From an uncultured candidate division Zixibacteria bacterium (GTDB lineage: Bacteria > Zixibacteria > MSB-5A5 > GN15 > PGXB01): a stretch of 64,000 nucleotides of DNA. A model generated the notes under the pieces. The model had not been told where the DNA came from. It saw only the letters and a list, made by a program, of their open reading frames with translations, and did no database searches. Numbering within the stretch: position 1 is the first letter of the stretch; every line of letters starts with the position of its first letter. The stretch spans positions 2,240,001 to 2,304,000 of the forward strand of contig OY969724.1 in the NCBI GenBank assembly GCA_963702205.1, written 5' to 3'. The position numbers and the translations under genes were made by a program. Of this stretch, positions 1 to 10,802 are shown one piece after another.

Positions 1-672
1 ACCGCCGACATCATGCAAATGCCGAAACCGCTGCACAAATACCAGGAACTCCTTGACGGTCGCACCATGCTGGTGCATAAGGCGAAACGAATAGACATCG
101 AAGCAATCGTACGCGGTTATATTTCGGGCTCGATGTGGAAAGAACTGGTCGCCGCCAGAAAGGCAGGAAGCAGCACCGTTCATGGATTCAAGTTTTCTGC
201 GGATTTGGTCGAATCGGGCAAACTTCCGGAGCCGATTTTCACGCCATCGACCAAGGCTGCCGAAGGCCACGACGAAAATATATCCTTCGATAAAATGGTC
301 GAGATAATCGGCGCGGAGACGGCCAATCTTTGTCGGGATAAGGCCATTGCTATCTATAACAAAGCGGCCGATTATGCTCTGACCAAGGGTATCATTATCG
401 CCGATACGAAATTCGAGTTCGGCTTCCTCGGGGATAAATTCATTCTCATCGACGAAGTTCTTTCACCGGATTCCTCGCGCTTCTGGCCGGCCGATCATTA
501 TATCCCTGGCAAAGGTCAACCTTCGTTCGATAAGCAAATTATCCGCGACTATCTGAATACTCTCGATTGGGATAAAACGCCCCCGGGTCCGGAACTGCCC
601 GAAGAGGTGGCGCAAAAATCGGTGGCCCGATATGCCGAGGCCGCCCGAATGTTGACGGGAAGGACCCTATGA
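1..672 (+). CDS. purC: Phosphoribosylaminoimidazolesuccinocarboxamide synthase (5' end truncated by window edge)
   Basis: Motifs IEAIVRGYISGS, IFTPSTKA, IADTKFEFG, DEVLSPDSSRFW, SFDKQ; frame is open from base 1. Confidence 0.97.
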   Translation, partial: TADIMQMPKPLHKYQELLDGRTMLVHKAKRIDIEAIVRGYISGSMWKELVAARKAGSSTVHGFKFSADLVESGKLPEPIFTPSTKAAEGHDENISFDKMVEIIGAETANLCRDKAIAIYNKAADYALTKGIIIADTKFEFGFLGDKFILIDEVLSPDSSRFWPADHYIPGKGQPSFDKQIIRDYLNTLDWDKTPPGPELPEEVAQKSVARYAEAARMLTGRTL

Positions 673-2243
673 GCGATAAAATTAAAATCAAGCGAGCGCT
701 TGTTTCCGTATCGGATAAAAGTGGCCTGCCTGAGCTGGCCAAAGCGTTGAGCGATTTCGGTGTCGAAATAATCTCCACCGGTGGGACGCTGGCGGCGATC
801 AAGAAGTCCGGGGTGCAGGCGATTTCGGTGTCGACGTTCACCGGAGCGCCGGAAATTCTCGGGGGCCGGGTTAAGACGCTTCATCCGAAAGTCCACGCCG
901 GGATACTGGCTCGTCGCGGCAATGAATCCGACGATGCCGAACTGGCTCACCACGAGTACAAATTGATTGATCTGGTCGTCGTGAATCTTTATCCGTTCGA
1001 ACAAACCATGGCCAATCCCGAATCGACCGAGGGCGACATAATCGAAAATATCGACATCGGCGGTCCGACAATGGTGCGGGCTTCGGCCAAGAATTTTGAT
1101 GGTGTCGCGGTCGTTACCAATCCTTCCGATTACACCTATATAATAGAAGAAATGAAACAAAGCGACGGTTGTCTAACCCTGGCGACCCGCAAGATGCTGG
1201 CCGGGAAGGCATTTGCCATGACGCATCGCTATGATTCGGCCATTGCCGGATATTTTGCCTCTGCGGGAGAACCAAAAGTCGAATCTGATTTGCCTCAGTC
1301 TCTTGATTTTTCGTATACGATCAAATCCGGGATGCGCTACGGTGAGAATCCGCATCAGCAGGCGGCCTTTTATGCTGATAATTCTTATGCCGGACCGACC
1401 GTGGCCCGGGCTCAGGTTTTGGCAGGGAAGGAGCTGTCATTCAACAATATATCCGATTTGGACGCCTGTCTGGATATGATTCTCGACTTTGAAGAACCCT
1501 TCGCCTGTGTCATCAAGCACGCCAACCCGTGTGGCGCGGCGACTGGCGCGACGATCGCCGATGCCTATCGCGACGCCCTGGCGTCCGATCCGCTTTCGGC
1601 GTTTGGGTCGATTATCGGGCTGAACCGACCGGTCGACATGGACTGCGCCAAACTGCTCCACGAAACCCATTTTGTAGAATGCATTCTTGCGCCGGAATAT
1701 GACCCCGAAACTCTGGGAATGATGAAAAAGAAAAAGGCCCGTCGTCTGCTGGCGCTCCCCGATATATTGAAGGGTCATCCGGATCAAGAAATGGTAGCCA
1801 AGTTCGTGCACGGTGGGTTGTTATATCAATCGGCCGACTATCACCAAATCTCGCGTGAGGATTTGAAAGTCGTCACGGAAAAACAACCGACCGAAGATGA
1901 AATAGAGTCGATGCTCTTTGCGTGGAAAATGGTCAAGCATGTCAAATCGAACGCCATTTTGATAGCCAAAGGCAACGCGACGGTCGGCATCGGCATGGGG
2001 CAAACCTCCCGGGTCGATGCTTCGGAACTGGCCGTCAAACGCGCCGGTGATCGAGCCAAAGGTGCGGTGCTGGCGTCGGATGCTTTCTTCCCGATGCCCG
2101 ACGGAGTCGAAGCGGCGACGCGCGCGGGAGTGACGGCCATCATCCAGCCGGGCGGATCCAAGGGTGATCAGGATGCAATCGACGCCGCCAATAAAGCCGG
2201 TGTTTCGATGGTATTTACGGGGATTAGGCATTTCAAACATTAA
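669..2243 (+). CDS. purH: Bifunctional AICAR transformylase/IMP cyclohydrolase
   Basis: RALVSVSDKSG, GGRVKTLHP, ENIDIGGP, RYGENPHQ, KHVKSNAI, SDAFFP, C-terminal RHFKH. Confidence 0.98.
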   Translation: MSDKIKIKRALVSVSDKSGLPELAKALSDFGVEIISTGGTLAAIKKSGVQAISVSTFTGAPEILGGRVKTLHPKVHAGILARRGNESDDAELAHHEYKLIDLVVVNLYPFEQTMANPESTEGDIIENIDIGGPTMVRASAKNFDGVAVVTNPSDYTYIIEEMKQSDGCLTLATRKMLAGKAFAMTHRYDSAIAGYFASAGEPKVESDLPQSLDFSYTIKSGMRYGENPHQQAAFYADNSYAGPTVARAQVLAGKELSFNNISDLDACLDMILDFEEPFACVIKHANPCGAATGATIADAYRDALASDPLSAFGSIIGLNRPVDMDCAKLLHETHFVECILAPEYDPETLGMMKKKKARRLLALPDILKGHPDQEMVAKFVHGGLLYQSADYHQISREDLKVVTEKQPTEDEIESMLFAWKMVKHVKSNAILIAKGNATVGIGMGQTSRVDASELAVKRAGDRAKGAVLASDAFFPMPDGVEAATRAGVTAIIQPGGSKGDQDAIDAANKAGVSMVFTGIRHFKH

Positions 2244-2269
2244 TTTATGCGGCCGGAGTGCAAAAGAGC

Positions 2270-2298
2270 TTGCTCTCTTTTTACTTTGCCATTAGATT
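2270..2298 (+). promoter_or_regulatory. Putative sigma70-type promoter (TTGCTC-N17-TAGATT)
   Basis: Near-consensus boxes with 17-bp spacing upstream of the Smg-like gene. Confidence 0.4.
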
Positions 2299-2326
2299 AA
2301 GTAAAACGAATTGTAAAGAGGATACA

Positions 2327-2800
2327 ATGGGCGACAGACTTCTCGAAATTGTGGTTCAAATAATGGCCCATATTCGTGACACGCAGGGGCAGGTAGAGAC
2401 ATTTGACGATATTTCCGCCGACCTGCGCAGTCAGGGATTTACCGATTCAGAAATAAGTTATGCCTATTCCTGGGTAATCGATCATATACAATCCGAAGTT
2501 CAACCGCTGGTGGAAATGATGAAGCCGGGCGATTCGATTCGTGTCCTGTCGCTCAAAGAACGCCAGCATTTTTCGACAAAGGCCTACGGTTATCTTCTGC
2601 AACTTCAATTCCTCGGTATTTTGAATGAATCGGAAATGGAGATGATCCTGGAACGGGGCTGTGTCGTCGGGGCCGCACCGATCGACCTCAGGCAGATAAA
2701 ACTTATTGTCGGCGCGGTTTTATTCAGAGAACTGGGCATCCCGGATTCGCTCAAACAACCGGCCTACCTGTATGCCGACGACGACGGCTATTTACATTAA
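2327..2800 (+). CDS. Smg/DUF494-family protein
   Basis: ATG after AGAGGA; pattern LRSQGFTDSEISYAYSW...SIRVLS..E...STKAYGYLLQL..LGIL resembles Smg/DUF494. Confidence 0.75.
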   Translation: MGDRLLEIVVQIMAHIRDTQGQVETFDDISADLRSQGFTDSEISYAYSWVIDHIQSEVQPLVEMMKPGDSIRVLSLKERQHFSTKAYGYLLQLQFLGILNESEMEMILERGCVVGAAPIDLRQIKLIVGAVLFRELGIPDSLKQPAYLYADDDGYLH

Positions 2801-2825
2801 ACCATAAAACCATCCGGCTTGTTGA

Positions 2826-4007
2826 ATGCTTAAGGGCAAAAAGATTTCCATTGGCCTCACCGGAGGTATCGCGGCTTATAAAGTCCCAATTTTAATTCGT
2901 TTGCTTAAAAAGGCGGAGGCCGACATCCGTGCCATCATGACCGTCAATTCGGCTGAATTTATCACGCCACTGACCATCGAAACGGTCTGCCAAAATCCGG
3001 TGGCGTCGGATATGTTCCCCGCAGATCGTTATGTCGGGACGCATCATATAGATATAGCCGAATGGCCGGACCTGATCGTAATCGCGCCCGCGACCGCGAA
3101 TTTTATCGCCAAGACGGCCTCAGGAATTTGCGATGATCTTCTTTCGACCGTAATCTGCGCCACGAAAGCGCCGGTGATGATTGCCCCCGCCATGAATACC
3201 AATATGTACTTGAATCCTGTCACGCAGGGAAATATCGATAAATTGAAAAGCCTCGGGTATCGATTTATCAAACCCGGTGAGGGAGAATTGGCGTGCGAGA
3301 CGGTCGGTGTGGGACGTATGGCCGAGCCGGAAGAGATATTTGACGCGATCAAATCATTCTTTCAAAAAAAAAAGTCTCTAAAAAATAAAAGTGTCGTCGT
3401 AACTGCCGGACCGTGCCGTGAGGCGATTGATCCGGTGCGTTATATTTCCAATCATTCCTCGGGGAAGATGGGTTTTGCCCTGGCCGAAGCCGCGCTCGAC
3501 AACGGGGCCGATGTCACATTAATCTCGGGACCGACGTCGCTAAATATGCCCCCGGTAGCGCATCACGTATCGGTCGAAACCACAGAGCAGATGCATAAGG
3601 CGGTATCTACGCATTTTGCGAAGGCGGATATTTTAATAATGGCCGCCGCTCCCGCCGATTTTATGGTTGCAAGGCCATTAACGCATAAGATTAAAAAAAC
3701 AAAGTCTCCATTGACTCTTGAATTAACGCCAACAATTGATATATTGAAATCTTTAAAGAAAAAAGCTAAGCAGAAAATTATCGGGTTCGCGCTGGAAACC
3801 GAAAACGGACCCCAAAACGCCCGCGCCAAACTTAAGGACAAGAATCTGGACATGATTGTCTTGAACAGCCTTGAGGATATCGACCCGTTCGGTAACGAAG
3901 CCAATGTGGCGACTTTAATCGGCAAGAGCGGTCGCTCCGAAAAGTTGCCGCGCATGTCCAAGACGGAGCTGGCGCGAATTATCATCGAACGGATTTCAAA
4001 GCTATGA
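2826..4007 (+). CDS. coaBC: Phosphopantothenoylcysteine decarboxylase/synthetase
   Basis: GLTGGIAAYK, APATAN, APAMN, GELAC..VGVGRM, VTAGP..EAIDPVRYISNHSSGKMG, GFALET. Confidence 0.97.
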   Translation: MLKGKKISIGLTGGIAAYKVPILIRLLKKAEADIRAIMTVNSAEFITPLTIETVCQNPVASDMFPADRYVGTHHIDIAEWPDLIVIAPATANFIAKTASGICDDLLSTVICATKAPVMIAPAMNTNMYLNPVTQGNIDKLKSLGYRFIKPGEGELACETVGVGRMAEPEEIFDAIKSFFQKKKSLKNKSVVVTAGPCREAIDPVRYISNHSSGKMGFALAEAALDNGADVTLISGPTSLNMPPVAHHVSVETTEQMHKAVSTHFAKADILIMAAAPADFMVARPLTHKIKKTKSPLTLELTPTIDILKSLKKKAKQKIIGFALETENGPQNARAKLKDKNLDMIVLNSLEDIDPFGNEANVATLIGKSGRSEKLPRMSKTELARIIIERISKL

Positions 4008-4741
4008 AATTGTTGTCCGGCCAGATCGACGGCCCCACCCTCACGCTTTTGCGGCGGGCGGTCAAATGCCAGATGGAACTGGGCGAGTCGGATTTAACCC
4101 TCGACACGAATAATATAATTATGCTTAAAAAGAATCTTCCTGCATCGAACGGCAAGAAAACCAAATTTCGCTCTTTGGGAGCACACGAAAAAGCCATTTG
4201 CGAATGTCAGCTTTGCCCGCTCGGGGCGACGCGGACTAATTTCGTTTACGGGGTCGGCAACCCTAAGGCCGACGTTATGTTTATCGGCGAAGCCCCGGGA
4301 CAAAAGGAGGACCTCGCGGGCGAGCCGTTCGTGGGACGAGCCGGACAGCTTCTCGATAAAATTCTCGCGGCGATAGATTTCAAACGCGAGGACGTCTACA
4401 TCGCCAATATTCTCAAATGCCGTCCGCCGAACAATCGCGATCCCCAGCCCGATGAGATGGAAATGTGCATGCCATATTTGATGGAGCAGATTCGCATGAT
4501 AAAACCGAAGATCATCTGTGCACTGGGGAGGATCTCGGCGCAGGCGCTGCTTCAAACCAGCACACCGCTCGGGAAATTGCGGAAGCAGTGGCACGATTTT
4601 CATGGCATACCGTTCATAGTGACGTACCATCCGGCGGCTTTGCTGCGTTTTGCCAATTACAAGCGCGATACCTGGGAAGACGTGCAGATGCTGCGGGCGA
4701 AGTACGATGAAATAATGTCCGGAGCGGTCAGTGCACGTTAG
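4004..4741 (+). CDS. udg: Family-4 uracil-DNA glycosylase (Fe-S type)
   Basis: Cxx[40 protein letters not shown]. Confidence 0.93.
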   Translation: MKLLSGQIDGPTLTLLRRAVKCQMELGESDLTLDTNNIIMLKKNLPASNGKKTKFRSLGAHEKAICECQLCPLGATRTNFVYGVGNPKADVMFIGEAPGQKEDLAGEPFVGRAGQLLDKILAAIDFKREDVYIANILKCRPPNNRDPQPDEMEMCMPYLMEQIRMIKPKIICALGRISAQALLQTSTPLGKLRKQWHDFHGIPFIVTYHPAALLRFANYKRDTWEDVQMLRAKYDEIMSGAVSAR

Positions 4742-6140
4742 GACGGATAAAGACAAGGCGGTGGTCCGTCGCGAGCCGCCGCAGTCTATCGATGCCGAAC
4801 AGGCCGTTCTTGGTTCTATATTAAAAGACGCCGATTCGATCAGTGCCGTCATCGAGTACCTCGATGCCGATGAATATTTCTACGCCAAAAAACACCAGAG
4901 TATTTTTCAGGCTATATTGCGGCTTTATGAAAAAGGAGAGCCGTGCGATATAACCACCGTCGCCGACGAACTCACCAAGCTCGATCAGCTCGATAAAATC
5001 GGGGGGAGATCGTATCTGATAGAACTGGTCGACGCGGTTGTAACCTCGGCCAACGTAATTTCCTACGCGAATATCGTTCTCGAAAAAGCCACGCTGCGCA
5101 GCCTGATAAATGCAACGGGAGAAATTTCAAAAAATTGTTATGCCATGGAACATGAAGTCGGCGAAATCCTCGATAAAGCCGAGCAGAGCATTTTTGCCAT
5201 TTCGGAAAGCCGTCTGCGGCAGGGTTTTCGCTCGCTGGGTGAGTTGATCCCCCATACTTTCGATCAGATCGAAAGATTTCAGGAGACCAAAGGCGGACTG
5301 GCTGGTCTCGAGACGGGTTTTGCCAAACTTGATGAAATCACCGCCGGTCTGCACGGCGGCGATTTTATTGTCATTGCCGGACGTCCATCAATGGGTAAGA
5401 CGGCCTTCTCTCTGAACATCGCCGAGCATATAGCTGTCGAGAAAAAGGTCGGCGTCGGGGTCTTTTCGATTGAAATGTCAAAAGAACAGCTGGCACTGAG
5501 ATTGCTTTGCGGACGGGCTCGGATAAGCCAGCACTTGCTCCGTACCAACCGTCTCCGTGACGCCGACTGGCAAAGGCTGTCGATCGCCGGTGACCCTCTT
5601 CGCGAAGCCGAAATATATATCGACGATTCCCCGACTTTAACGACACTTGAAATAAGAGCCAAGGCACGACGCCTCAAGGCCCAGCATGATATCGGGCTGG
5701 TAATAGTGGACTATATACAATTGATCAATGCTTCGGGCTGGGCGGAGAACCGTCAGCAGGAAATGGCCATGATTTCTCGCTCCATAAAGGGGCTCGCCAA
5801 GGAGCTCAATATTCCGGTCGTGGCCTGTTCGCAGCTGTCCCGTATGGTGGAAACGCGGGGCGGCGACAAACGACCGCAGCTTTCGGACCTTCGTGAATCC
5901 GGAGCCATCGAGCAGGACGCCGACGTTGTTATGTTCGTCTACAGGCCGGAATTCTATTTATCGCACCTGGACAAGGATGATCCCAAGCGCATGGAGGTCG
6001 AGGGCCGGGCGGAAATTATCGTAGCCAAGCAGCGTAACGGTCCGACCGGGAAAATCGATCTGGCCTTCGTAAAAGAATTCGCAAGATTCGAGAATCTGGC
6101 TCATCAGTACATGGAAAAGGGTACAGATACACCTTTTTAA
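4731..6140 (+). CDS. dnaB: Replicative DNA helicase
   Basis: PPQSIDAEQAVLG, AGRPSMGKT, VDYIQL, SQLSR, SDLRESGAIEQDAD, KQRNGPTG; no intein. Confidence 0.98.
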   Translation: MHVRTDKDKAVVRREPPQSIDAEQAVLGSILKDADSISAVIEYLDADEYFYAKKHQSIFQAILRLYEKGEPCDITTVADELTKLDQLDKIGGRSYLIELVDAVVTSANVISYANIVLEKATLRSLINATGEISKNCYAMEHEVGEILDKAEQSIFAISESRLRQGFRSLGELIPHTFDQIERFQETKGGLAGLETGFAKLDEITAGLHGGDFIVIAGRPSMGKTAFSLNIAEHIAVEKKVGVGVFSIEMSKEQLALRLLCGRARISQHLLRTNRLRDADWQRLSIAGDPLREAEIYIDDSPTLTTLEIRAKARRLKAQHDIGLVIVDYIQLINASGWAENRQQEMAMISRSIKGLAKELNIPVVACSQLSRMVETRGGDKRPQLSDLRESGAIEQDADVVMFVYRPEFYLSHLDKDDPKRMEVEGRAEIIVAKQRNGPTGKIDLAFVKEFARFENLAHQYMEKGTDTPF

Positions 6141-6162
6141 GGTGTAAAGTTCAAGACCAATC

Positions 6163-6942
6163 ATGGCAAACGGAATTAGCCTGATAGGCCGACGAGCCAT
6201 TAGTTTCATCCAGAGGCTTGGAAGCACTTTCATATTACTCGGCAAAGTCTTTTATTATTTCAAAGCCATTCCTCGCTCGCTGGGATTGATTGTCGATCAA
6301 CTGTTCATGATCGGCAACAAGTCGTTTCCGCTGGTGACGATCACGTCCGTCTTCGTCGGCGCGGTATCCGCCTGGCAGGCGGCCTACCAGTTTAAATTTA
6401 TCGGGGCACCGCTGCGCTATCTCGGCGCTGCGGTGGGCAAGGCGGTTGTGATCGAACTGGCCCCGGTGCTCACGGCGCTGGTAGTCGGGGGGCGGGTCGC
6501 GGCCGGTATCGCCGCCGAGGTTGGCACGATGCGCGTGACCGAGCAGATCGACGCCCTCGATTCGATGGGTATCTCACCGGCGCGATATCTTATAATGCCG
6601 CGCGTGCTGTCGTGCATGATTATGCTCCCGGTTCTGACTATGATTGCGAACTTCGTTTCAATCGTGGGCGCGCTGGTCGTATCGGTGCTATTCGTCGATA
6701 TGTCGTACGAAACATTTTTAAACGGCGTCAAAAATTCATTTTCGATGTCGGACCTGTTTGCCGGGATGATCAAATCACTGGTGTTCGGCACGATTATCGG
6801 CATTGTCGGTTGCCGTGAAGGATTTTTCACCGGTGGCGGAGCCCGGGGAGTGGGACGGTCCACGACCGAGGCGGTCGTCATTTCGGCCGTGATGATCCTG
6901 GTCGCCGACTACATTATCGCCACCGTCTTGTTTAGAGTATGA
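6163..6942 (+). CDS. mlaE: MlaE/Ttg2B-family ABC transporter permease
   Basis: ELAPVLTAL..GGRVAAGIAAEVGTMRVTEQIDAL, GGARGVGRSTT. Confidence 0.9.
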   Translation: MANGISLIGRRAISFIQRLGSTFILLGKVFYYFKAIPRSLGLIVDQLFMIGNKSFPLVTITSVFVGAVSAWQAAYQFKFIGAPLRYLGAAVGKAVVIELAPVLTALVVGGRVAAGIAAEVGTMRVTEQIDALDSMGISPARYLIMPRVLSCMIMLPVLTMIANFVSIVGALVVSVLFVDMSYETFLNGVKNSFSMSDLFAGMIKSLVFGTIIGIVGCREGFFTGGGARGVGRSTTEAVVISAVMILVADYIIATVLFRV

Positions 6943-7700
6943 ACCAGGAAACGATCATACATATCGAGGACCTGCGTAAGTCATTCGGTGACCTCGAAGT
7001 ACTACGCGGGGTCAATTTGAATATCGTGCGCGGTGAGTCGCTGGTGATCATCGGTCGCTCCGGATGCGGCAAGTCGGTACTTTTGAAACATATCAACGGT
7101 CTAATGTCCGCCGATTCCGGAAATGTCGAAGTTTTCGGTGAGACCTGGGGAGATATCAAGGGCAAGCGCATCGCGGAAGTGCGGAAAAAAATCGGGATGT
7201 TGTTCCAGTCGGCGGCTCTGCTGGATTCGCTGACTGTCGAAGAAAATGTCGGTCTGGGTTTAAGAGAAAGTTTCGGGATTCCCGATAAAGAAATCGGAAT
7301 ATTAGTTAACGAAAAGCTCGAAATGGTCGGCATGAGCGGGACGAATGATTTGTATCCGTCGAGCCTGTCGGGCGGGATGCGCAAACGGATCGGGCTGGCG
7401 CGGGCAATTGCGACCAATCCCGATATCGTCCTGTACGATGAGCCGACTACCGGGCTCGATCCGATCACGGCCGATATGATCAACGATCTAATTCTCGACC
7501 TCCACGAAAAACTCGATATCACGTCGATTTCGGTAACTCATGACATGACCGCGGCATACAAGACGGCGCAGCGTATGGTAATGTTGTACGATGGTGTTAT
7601 CGAGTACGAAGGAACGCCCGATCAGATAAAAAATTCCGGCAATGCCGTGGTCGATCAGTTTATCAACGGTCGGGCCGACGGGCCGATCCGGGTCGGATAG
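6939..7700 (+). CDS. mlaF: MlaF/Ttg2A-family ABC transporter ATPase
   Basis: GRSGCGKS, LSGGMRKR, YDEPTTGLDP, VDQFING. Confidence 0.9.
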   Translation: MNQETIIHIEDLRKSFGDLEVLRGVNLNIVRGESLVIIGRSGCGKSVLLKHINGLMSADSGNVEVFGETWGDIKGKRIAEVRKKIGMLFQSAALLDSLTVEENVGLGLRESFGIPDKEIGILVNEKLEMVGMSGTNDLYPSSLSGGMRKRIGLARAIATNPDIVLYDEPTTGLDPITADMINDLILDLHEKLDITSISVTHDMTAAYKTAQRMVMLYDGVIEYEGTPDQIKNSGNAVVDQFINGRADGPIRVG

Positions 7701-7705
7701 ATTCC

Positions 7706-9061
7706 ATGGAAAAGAAGATCAAGACAGCTTTCGTTTGTACCAATTGCGGGGCGATGTATCTCCGCTGGCAGGGGCAGTGTACCCAGTGCCAGGAATGGAA
7801 CAGCCTGACCGAAGAGCGGGTGGTCTCAAAAAAATCAGCGGTTTCGCGTAAGAACGACATTCGACCGGTAAAACTGTCCGAGATCGACGACAACCGTTTG
7901 ATCGGCATTAAGTCCGGTATCGCCGAACTCGACCGCGTGCTCGGCGGAGGGCTTTTGCCGGGCAGCTCCATACTGTTGGCCGGAGAACCGGGAATCGGCA
8001 AATCCACCCTGGTTCTGCAGGCGGCGGAAGCGTACTCCCGCGCCGGCGGCAGGGTATTGTACGTTACCGGCGAAGAATCCTTGAATCAAATCAAGAAGCG
8101 TTCGCTGAGAATCAATATAAACGCCGAAAATATCGAATTCGCCAACACGACCGATCTCGAAGACATAATATCCCTGATCGATTCGGACGCAACCGGGATT
8201 GTCATTGTCGATTCCATACAGACCATCTCCAGCGCCGGGTTTCAGTCACCGCCGGGAACGGTCGGTCAGATTCGCGAATCCGCCGGGCGGCTGATCGAAA
8301 GGGCTCACCGCGACAATTTCGCCCTGTTTTTGATCGGCCATGTCACAAAAGAGGGGCTGGTGGCGGGGCCGAAGGTCCTCGAACATATGGTCGACGTGGT
8401 GCTGTCCTGTGAAGGCGACAGCCGCCATCTATACCGTTTGCTGCGGCCGATAAAAAACCGCTACGGTTCAACTCTGGAGCTGGGCGTGTTCGAAATGTCG
8501 GCCTCGGGTCTTAACGAAGTGCCGAATCCATCATCGCTGTTTCTTTCCGATATGTCCGGTGAACGCCACAGCGGATCGGTGATCGCGGCTTCGTGCGAAG
8601 GCAACCGTCCGATATTGGTGGAGATTCAGGCGCTGGTGGCTTCGGCATCGTACGGAATGCCGCAGCGCGTGGCGGGAGGGTTCGACAACAAACGCCTGGC
8701 TCTGCTCCTGGCTATTCTCGAAAAGCGTCTCGGTATTCCTATGGGTCAGAACGACGTCTTCGTCTCGGTGGCGGGCGGACTTCGTCTGAACGATCCGGCG
8801 GTCGATCTGGCCGTAATGGCTTCGATTGTTTCGTCATTGCGCGATATAGCGGTCGATTCCCGAACCGTGTTGTGCGGCGAAGTGGGTCTTTCCGGGGAAG
8901 TGAGAACCATCGGTCTGGCGGATCGCCGAGCGGCCGAAGTGTCCAAGCTCGGTTTTAAGAAAATGATCCTTCCGGCTCAGAACGTTGAAAATATCGGCGG
9001 GAAGAAACTCGAATTACACGGCGTCAAAACGCTCGAAGAAGCGCTGGAAATATTATTTTAG
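7706..9061 (+). CDS. radA: DNA repair protein RadA/Sms
   Basis: C4 zinc finger, GEPGIGKST, VDSIQT, AGPKVLEHMVD, KNRYG, GEVGLSGEVR. Confidence 0.97.
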   Translation: MEKKIKTAFVCTNCGAMYLRWQGQCTQCQEWNSLTEERVVSKKSAVSRKNDIRPVKLSEIDDNRLIGIKSGIAELDRVLGGGLLPGSSILLAGEPGIGKSTLVLQAAEAYSRAGGRVLYVTGEESLNQIKKRSLRININAENIEFANTTDLEDIISLIDSDATGIVIVDSIQTISSAGFQSPPGTVGQIRESAGRLIERAHRDNFALFLIGHVTKEGLVAGPKVLEHMVDVVLSCEGDSRHLYRLLRPIKNRYGSTLELGVFEMSASGLNEVPNPSSLFLSDMSGERHSGSVIAASCEGNRPILVEIQALVASASYGMPQRVAGGFDNKRLALLLAILEKRLGIPMGQNDVFVSVAGGLRLNDPAVDLAVMASIVSSLRDIAVDSRTVLCGEVGLSGEVRTIGLADRRAAEVSKLGFKKMILPAQNVENIGGKKLELHGVKTLEEALEILF

Positions 9062-9069
9062 GGTGCAAC

Positions 9070-9642
9070 ATGAATAAAAAATCACTTAAGCCCGATACGT
9101 GGTTATTTCCGCTTCCGGCGGTGATGGTCTCGTGCAAAGCTGAAAACGGTGGTCCAAATATTATAACTATAAGTTGGATCGGCATTGTCTGCTCCCAGCC
9201 GCCGATGCTGTCCATTTCAGTCAAACCGGAAAGATATTCGTACGATATTATCAAAAAAGCCGGAAACTTCGTTGTAAATCTGACCGGTGAAGATCAACTC
9301 CAGGCCGCGGATTATTGCGGTACAAAATCAGGAAAAGACGTCAATAAATTCGAAGAATTAAATCTTACCGAAGAAAAATCCGATATTGTTGCATCGCCGC
9401 TGATCGGTGAGTGCCCGATCAATCTGGAATGCGAAATCCGTCAGGCACTAAAACTCGGCTCACACGAGATGTTCATTGCCGAAATAGTTGCCATGCACGC
9501 CGGAGAGGAGTATCTGGATGAGCGCGGGCGTCCCGATCTGGACAAAATCAAACCGCTGGTTTATTGCCCCGGAGCACGGGAATACCGGGGCGGGCTGACG
9601 AAAGCACTGGCTCGGTATGGCGAAGCCGCCCAGAAGATGTAG
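9070..9642 (+). CDS. Flavin reductase-like (flavoredoxin-family) FMN-binding protein
   Basis: PLPAVMVSC, NIITISW, DYCGTKSG..V.KF, ECPINLEC, LGSHEMFIAEI. Confidence 0.85.
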   Translation: MNKKSLKPDTWLFPLPAVMVSCKAENGGPNIITISWIGIVCSQPPMLSISVKPERYSYDIIKKAGNFVVNLTGEDQLQAADYCGTKSGKDVNKFEELNLTEEKSDIVASPLIGECPINLECEIRQALKLGSHEMFIAEIVAMHAGEEYLDERGRPDLDKIKPLVYCPGAREYRGGLTKALARYGEAAQKM

Positions 9643-9644
9643 CG

Positions 9645-10802
9645 ATGTCGGACTTCAGTTTCGAATTACTCGCCAAAAACCTGAATGCCCGCAGAGGTCG
9701 GGTTCGTACTCCACACGGCTCGTTTAACACTCCGGCTTTCATGCCGGTGGGGACGTCGGGGGCGGTCAAGGCCATGACGTCCGAAGATTTAGAACAGTGC
9801 GGGGCGGAGATTATTCTGGGCAACACCTATCATCTCTACCTTCGGCCGGGCGAAAATATAATAAAAAAGATGGGCGGTCTGGCCGCTTTCAATTCATGGA
9901 ACAAACCAACCCTGACCGACAGCGGCGGCTTTCAGGTTTTTTCCATGCAGGACCTGCTCAAGGTCGACGACGACGGTGTGACATTCAAGTCTCACCACGA
10001 TGGCTCTTCACACCGCTTCGAAGCCGAAAAAGTAATCGACATCCAGCGCGACATCGGGGCGGATATTATTATGTCGTTCGATCAGTGTGTACCGTATCCC
10101 TCGGAAAAGGGCCAGGCTCAAATAGGTATCGAGCGGACCTTTGACTGGGCCAAGCGGGGCAAAGAGCATTTTGACAAATGCGAAAAGGAAGATCCTTCAG
10201 GTACGGCTTTATTCGGAATAGTGCAGGGCTCAACCTATCCCGATCTCAGAAAAATATCCGCCGAACAGACAACCTCGCTTGACTTTCCCGGCTATGCCGT
10301 GGGCGGTTTGGCGGTGGGGGAATCAAAAGCTGAGATGGAAGACATGCTGGCGCATACGGTGCAATTCCTGCCGGAAAGCAAACCTCGCTATTTGATGGGG
10401 GTCGGCTATCCCGAAGATATTCTTATGGCTGTATCGCACGGTATCGATATGTTCGACTGTGTCCTGCCGACCCGCAATGCCCGCACCGGTATGGTTTTCA
10501 CGTCCGTGGGTCCGATGGTTTTCCGAAACGCCGAATTTTCAGAAGACGACCGTCCCCTCGACCTCGATTGCGATTGCAAAGTGTGTCGAAGATACAGCCG
10601 GGCGTACATTCGGCATTTATACAATCAAAAAGAAATCACGGCCTTGATTCTGGCGTCATATCATTCGACATGGTTTTTTCAGAAATTGATGCAGGGGATC
10701 AGATCTTCGATGGAAAACGGCAGCTTCGATGCCTATCGCCAAGCGTTTCTCGAAAAATATCTAAATGGGGATGATATACCCGAGTCTGACCCACATGGTT
10801 GA
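9645..10802 (+). CDS. tgt: tRNA-guanine transglycosylase
   Basis: TPAFMPVGT, NTYHLYLRPG, TDSGGFQVFS, GIVQG, RYLMGVG, DMFDCVLPTRNAR, CDCKVC..H zinc site; ATG 9645 preferred over the upstream TTG. Confidence 0.97.
   Translation: MSDFSFELLAKNLNARRGRVRTPHGSFNTPAFMPVGTSGAVKAMTSEDLEQCGAEIILGNTYHLYLRPGENIIKKMGGLAAFNSWNKPTLTDSGGFQVFSMQDLLKVDDDGVTFKSHHDGSSHRFEAEKVIDIQRDIGADIIMSFDQCVPYPSEKGQAQIGIERTFDWAKRGKEHFDKCEKEDPSGTALFGIVQGSTYPDLRKISAEQTTSLDFPGYAVGGLAVGESKAEMEDMLAHTVQFLPESKPRYLMGVGYPEDILMAVSHGIDMFDCVLPTRNARTGMVFTSVGPMVFRNAEFSEDDRPLDLDCDCKVCRRYSRAYIRHLYNQKEITALILASYHSTWFFQKLMQGIRSSMENGSFDAYRQAFLEKYLNGDDIPESDPHG

Noticed and set aside
4731..6140. Possible inteins or introns in dnaB, rpoB or rpoC
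   Set aside because: Lengths are normal and no splice motifs were seen.
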